A stretch of DNA of 64,000 bases from the human T2T-CHM13v2.0 reference genome, Homo sapiens. The stretch is taken from NCBI RefSeq assembly GCF_009914755.1, contig NC_060947.1; one strand, 5' to 3'. Under the pieces are notes generated by a model that saw only the letters and a list, made by a program, of their open reading frames with translations, was not told the origin of the DNA and did not search any database. Position 1 is the stretch's first letter. Every line of letters starts with the position of its first letter. The position numbers and the translations under genes are program-made. Positions 58,956 through 64,000 of this stretch are shown here, in pieces.

Positions 58956-59325
58956 CCAGGGTTCTCAACATGTGGTCCATGGACCACCATCCTCAAAATT
59001 GCCTAAGGAGCTTGTTAAAAATATAGAATCTCAGGCCTCAAGCCCAGACCTACTGAATCTGCATTTTAACAAGCTCCCTAGTTGATTCCAGTATGCACTA
59101 AAGTTAGAGACCCATTTCCTTTATCGGCCTTAACTGCTTAAAACAGTGGTTCACAGACTTGGCCACAAATCAGAATAACATGGTGAGCTCAAGAAAAATA
59201 TTGGCTCCTGGGTCCCACCCCTAACAATTGTGATTCAATTGGTCTGTGGCGGGACTGGACATTTGAGAATTTTAAAAGCTTCCCAGGTAATTTTAATGTG
59301 CAGCCATAGTTATAAACCAATGGTA
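58956..59325. mobile_element. Two adjacent MER5-family hAT MITEs
   Basis: GGTTCTCAAC...CCCAGACCTACTGAATCTGCATTTTAACAAGCTCCC and CAGTGGTT...AAAAGCTTCCCAGGTAATTTTAATGTGCAGCCA. Confidence 0.75.
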
Positions 59326-60413
59326 TAGAGGAAACACATGCAGCTCCATAGATAAGAGCTCCTCCATCCAAGGTTGTGTTTTCTGTGTGATTGTGTGTGT
59401 CTGTGTATGTGTGTTCAAAAATGTTAAAGTTTTTGCTGAGCCTGAGGTGTAAAGCAACATCTTCTGGGCAGATTTGGGAATTTCACTGGGGGTGACAACA
59501 GGCACTCCCAGGAAAAATATGCAGTGGGCTGACTGGTCCATTGGGAGAAATGATCATGTTGTATCACTCAGTTGCCCAATCACCCTCAAGGATTGGGGCC
59601 ACAGGTGCATCCCTGGCATGGATGACCTGGCGGTGCCCACCCTTAGCACTGTGTCATTTGTACCATTAAAGTTGTACCCTCTCTGTTGGGCTCATTTGAG
59701 GCTCTCTTAAGATCTGGTGATTAATATAAAGGTGAAGATCCAAAGAGCTGACTTTTGCTTTTATCTGCACTGCCCTCCCCCCAAAGAAACAAGATTTGCC
59801 TTAAGTAGCCCCCAAGTTCATGGTTTCAGCCACATAAAAGGCTCCAGACCCATTTATGTGTCTCAGTTGTGATTGATGAATAGCCGTCCATCCTCCTGTG
59901 ACTGGAGTTGCTGCTTGTTGTCGTACTACATAAAGCAATTGTATAAATTACCTCTCATCCAAGTCACAAAATATGTTTGCCAAAATGATTTCTTCTAAAA
60001 TTGTAAAAGTGAAAATAGAGTACACAGAGAGAAATTGAGTTTGCTCCAAGGGGCTATGAATTCACCATTAAGAAAGCCTCGAAAAGAGATTAGCAATCCA
60101 TCTGGTGTGTTTGCACATCGTTTAGTGCCATTTTGGGGCATTTCTGAAAATGTCAGTCACGGTGGGGAGGAAGAGAAGGAGGTTCCATTGGCCATTAAGA
60201 TGATATACCAAGAGGCTGTGGTTATCAGGGCATGCAGTGGGGCAGCGCTTCACCAGCTCTGACCTCAGCTCAGTGAGAATTGCAAAAGCTCCAAAGTTTA
60301 ATAAAAATCAGTGGCTAGATTCCAGTGCCAGGGGGTTTGATAAAGCATTGTCATAAGCTTCAGGCCATGTTCTTTGAACAAAACAACTCTCTATATTCTT
60401 GAATATCCCCCCC

Positions 60414-60442
60414 AACACACACACACACACACAGACACACAC
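60414..60442. repeat. (CA)n microsatellite, interrupted
   Basis: Direct reading. Confidence 0.9.
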
Positions 60443-60587
60443 AGTCTTCTTCACCAAAGAAAACTGACAAATGGACAAACTCATATTTTCCAAGCCAATC
60501 TGGGAAAGATCTAAGCTAAATATGGGACATCTTAGTTAAGTATTTTGCCGAAAAGTCTCACTCTTTAGCAGTCTTAAAATTAAGACA

Positions 60588-60910
60588 GACTGGGCACAGT
60601 GGCTCATGCCTGTAATCCCAGCAATTTAGGAGACTGAGGCAGGAGGATCACTTGAGGCCAGGAGTTCCATACCAGCTTGGGCAACATAGTGAGACTCCAT
60701 CTCTATAAAAAAAATTAAAAATGATCTGTGCATGGTGGCACATACCTGTAATCCTAGCTACTTATGAAGCCAGGGTGGGAGGGTCACTTGAGCCCAGGAG
60801 TTCAAGGCTACAGTGAACCATGACTACACCATTGCACTCCAGCCTGGGCGACAGAGTGAGACCCTGTCTCTAAAACAAGTAAACAACAACAACAGCAACA
60901 AAAACAAAGA
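60588..60910 (+). mobile_element. Alu (J-like) with (CAA)n tail
   Basis: Alu consensus match. Confidence 0.93.
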
Positions 60911-61046
60911 TATAAATATAATCAGAACATTGTACACAAATCATGTTGTGACATAGTTACATTTTATATAAAATAATTCTTCTTTAGCAGGCTGTGTATC
61001 TTCTATGACCTTCTCTTTTACTGTTATTAGAAAATTATACTCCCAG

Positions 61047-61136
61047 CATTACATTTATATGTAATAAGACAGACTACACTTTCTTCCACCTCATTACATC
61101 TATTTGTAGTAAGACAGACTACACTTTTTTCCACCT
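61047..61136. repeat. 45-bp tandem duplication (2 copies)
   Basis: CATTACATYTATWTGTARTAAGACAGACTACACTTTYTTCCACCT twice. Confidence 0.9.
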
Positions 61137-61394
61137 CTTGGTGAAAGGAATTTTGTCTACTCCCTATGCTTACCTTGTCCCAAAAGCTGAAAGTCTGGAT
61201 TCTGGGGCTATTTTCCAAAATGACAGAGGATATCAAAGATCATGCAGAATAGATCAAAGTAAGTGTTCATAATGTAAATGCCTATTTCCTGGAAGAGGCA
61301 CACTCTGAATGAGACAAGGAGATAAAGCCCTAGAGATCTGCCACGCCACTGAGAAATGTCAAATGTGCTCGTCTATTTCCTTTTTCTTTTTCCC

Positions 61395-61556
61395 CTGGGG
61401 AAAGTGTGAATGAAAGTCCTACTATCACAAATTATGCAGTCAAGTTTTTCACATTTGGGGAAATTGCAGGGGTCAACACATCTGAGTGCAATGGATAAGG
61501 CTGGCCATGGAAAAACCACCTTCGTGATCATGGTATTTCCACTGCCAGGTAAGTGT
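61395..61556 (-). pseudogene. U1 snRNA pseudogene, near full length
   Basis: Minus strand reads ACACTTACCTGGCAGTGGAAATACCATGATCACGAAGGTGGTTTT...CCATTGCACTC...GCATAATTTGTG (Sm site)...TTTCCCCAG; many substitutions and an A-rich 3' flank. Confidence 0.93.
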
Positions 61557-61725
61557 CTCAGATGATTCTTAATCCAGAGTTCATTACCTTATTTTCTGTT
61601 TCGATCGGAATTGGAAAGCCATCATCAGGTTTGAGAGAAACTCTACAACAGTATAATGTAAAGTCAGTGAGGGAAGGGAGTTTTGTCTGTTTTGTTCACC
61701 AGTGTATCTCCTTAGTATAGCTAAG

Positions 61726-62081
61726 TGTATTAGTCCATTCTCATGCTGCTAACTGGGTAATTTGTAAAGGAAAGAGATTTAATGGACTTACAGTTTAGCG
61801 TGACTGGAAAGGCCTCAGGAAACTTATAATCGTGGTGGAAAGGGGGAAGCAGACATACCCTTCTTCACATGGCAGCAGGAAGAGAGGTGACAAGCAAAAG
61901 GGGGAAAAGCCCCTTATAAAACCATCAGATCTCGTGAGAACTCACTATCATGAGAATAGCATGGAGGTAACTGCCCCCATGATTCAGTTACCTCCCACCA
62001 GGTTCCTCCCATGACAGGTGGGGATTATGAGAATTACAATTCAAGATAAGATTTGGGTGGGGAAACAGCCAAACCATATCA
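61726..62081 (-). mobile_element. THE1 solo LTR (MaLR)
   Basis: TGTATTAGTCCATTCTCATGCTGCTA...AGCCAAACCATATCA; 5-bp TSD CTAAG at 61721-61725 and 62082-62086. Confidence 0.92.
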
Positions 62082-62825
62082 CTAAGTATCTAGCAAATAG
62101 TAAGAACTCAATAAATATTTTCTAATCTTGTTGTTGAAACTGTAAAACAAACTGAGTTTAAAATCTAGGCAGCCACTGTAACCATACAGTCACCTGTTCC
62201 TAAAGTCAATAGAAAAAAGAACAGACCTTCTCCAACTCTATCCTGTGTCCCCTGGCCTTGGCCCCGTTTATTCCTCTACCTCTGCTACAAATCCAGGTTG
62301 TGTTCATGTGGGTTGTGAATAAGAGCTCCATATCCCAGTCCTGAGCTGGCCACCATGACAGGGTGGCATGGAGGGGAAGGTACTTACTGGGACAGGACAA
62401 CTGCTGGCAGAGCAGATGGGAAGGAAGGACAGTCTGCATCCCAGGGCTACTCACAGCTCTGGTAGGCACCATGCTTCTAGCCTCACAAAAGGCAACTCCA
62501 ATAGGCTGATGCACACATGCAGAGGCTTCTCTCCCTCCCTGGCCACCAGCACAAGAGCTTTTCAGTTCCCAGAGCTGTGGAACAATTGGGAAACTCTAGG
62601 CAGGATCCACATGACACTGAGTACCACAGTCAAAATAACTGGGGTCCACCAGAAAGAAGCCAGTTAACAGATTGGTCAAGACATAGTCAGTCTATTTTAT
62701 ACATTTTGATAATTCTAGATGTTGAAGAAGATTCCCTTCTTAGAATATTGCCTTGTCAATAACAGCCTGATTATGTATTGACCAGAAATTAATTTCGCCA
62801 GCATAAAAGCATAGGAATAATTTAG

Positions 62826-63132
<307 letters not shown>

Positions 63133-64000
63133 TGATTTGTATAAACTAAAAGCTATTGCAAAGTTCATGAAAGAAGAACAAGTGAAAGATAACAAAACAG
63201 AAAATTTGGGGGCTGAGAAAGCACCCCTAATCCCATGATCCTAAAAAGTTGTTTTTTTATTTTTACATTTTCCCTACCTCCAAGCCCCTATCTCTATTCA
63301 TACTTTAATTTTATATATGGCATTTTAAAAATCATATATTATGCCTTGTTTACACAAGTAGTACATGTTCATAACAAAAACTTAATACAGAAAAATTAAT
63401 ACAGATAAGAACAATTATACAATATTATAAATAGTACTTATTTATAATAATAAATATTTAATGTATTAATACAGATAAATGGTCTACAATCCTATTAATC
63501 AGAGATAACCATTGTTAACATTTTGGTTAGCCACTGTTTAGTGTGTACTTCTTAATCTAACTATATAAGTATAGACAAAGATATTTTACCTACGCACAAA
63601 GGTGCACACACTTGTGGCCAAATGCATACAGACCCGAAGTTTCCTATTTAAAAAAGTACCTTTTTGGTTTAATGATAGTTTGTGAACACATTTCCATATT
63701 AATAAATACATCATAGTAAGATGATACCTTATAACCTTTCCCAGCCTTATAACTCCAGAATTATTATTTTATAATCCAATGATCAGGGATGCTGCATTGA
63801 AAATATATTCATTACTCAAATTATGACCCATTACCCATTCTGTATCCTGCACAGGACATGGGGAAGTACAGATATATCTACCATTTATTAAACCTGCTTA
63901 GTATGTACCATGCCTTGTGCCATTGTCACATTACAAATGTCTCTCACAACAACCCTGTGATATGGGTACCATTGTTCCTAGTGGATGAAGAAACTGAGAG

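Noticed and set aside
63423-63449. AT-rich inverted repeat TATTATAAATA-GTACT-TATTTATAATA
   Set aside because: 11-bp arms in very AT-rich low-complexity sequence are plausible by chance.

Overview
Primate, almost certainly human, intergenic DNA dense in Alu, L1, L2/MIR, LTR and hAT repeats. It holds one credible protein-coding gene: the intronless TFDP3 ORF (39774-40991, minus strand, 405 aa), a retrocopy of the E2F partner TFDP1 that I recognise as the X-linked cancer/testis gene. Its insertion history is readable from the sequence. The retrocopy (39232-41365) has a poly(A) remnant and a 13-bp TSD (GGCCCTACCTCTT), and it splits a MaLR solo LTR that has its own 5-bp TSD (CATCC). Inside the retrocopy, just upstream of the ATG, is a CpG-dense minisatellite of 14 in-phase 14-bp units of two types, followed by E-box, GC-box and NRF1-like motifs. 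A co-oriented two-LTR MaLR provirus (TSD GGTGC) lies about 650 bp further upstream. Elsewhere are a 57-bp orphan polyadenylated retro-insertion with a 16-bp TSD (9508-9610), a 13-bp Alu-end micro-insertion (531-578), a U1 snRNA pseudogene, a (GGAA)16 tract and an AP-1 motif cluster. Repeat subfamily names come from remembered consensus sequences, and boundaries are approximate unless a TSD is quoted. The other ORFs in the track are repeat-derived or chance.
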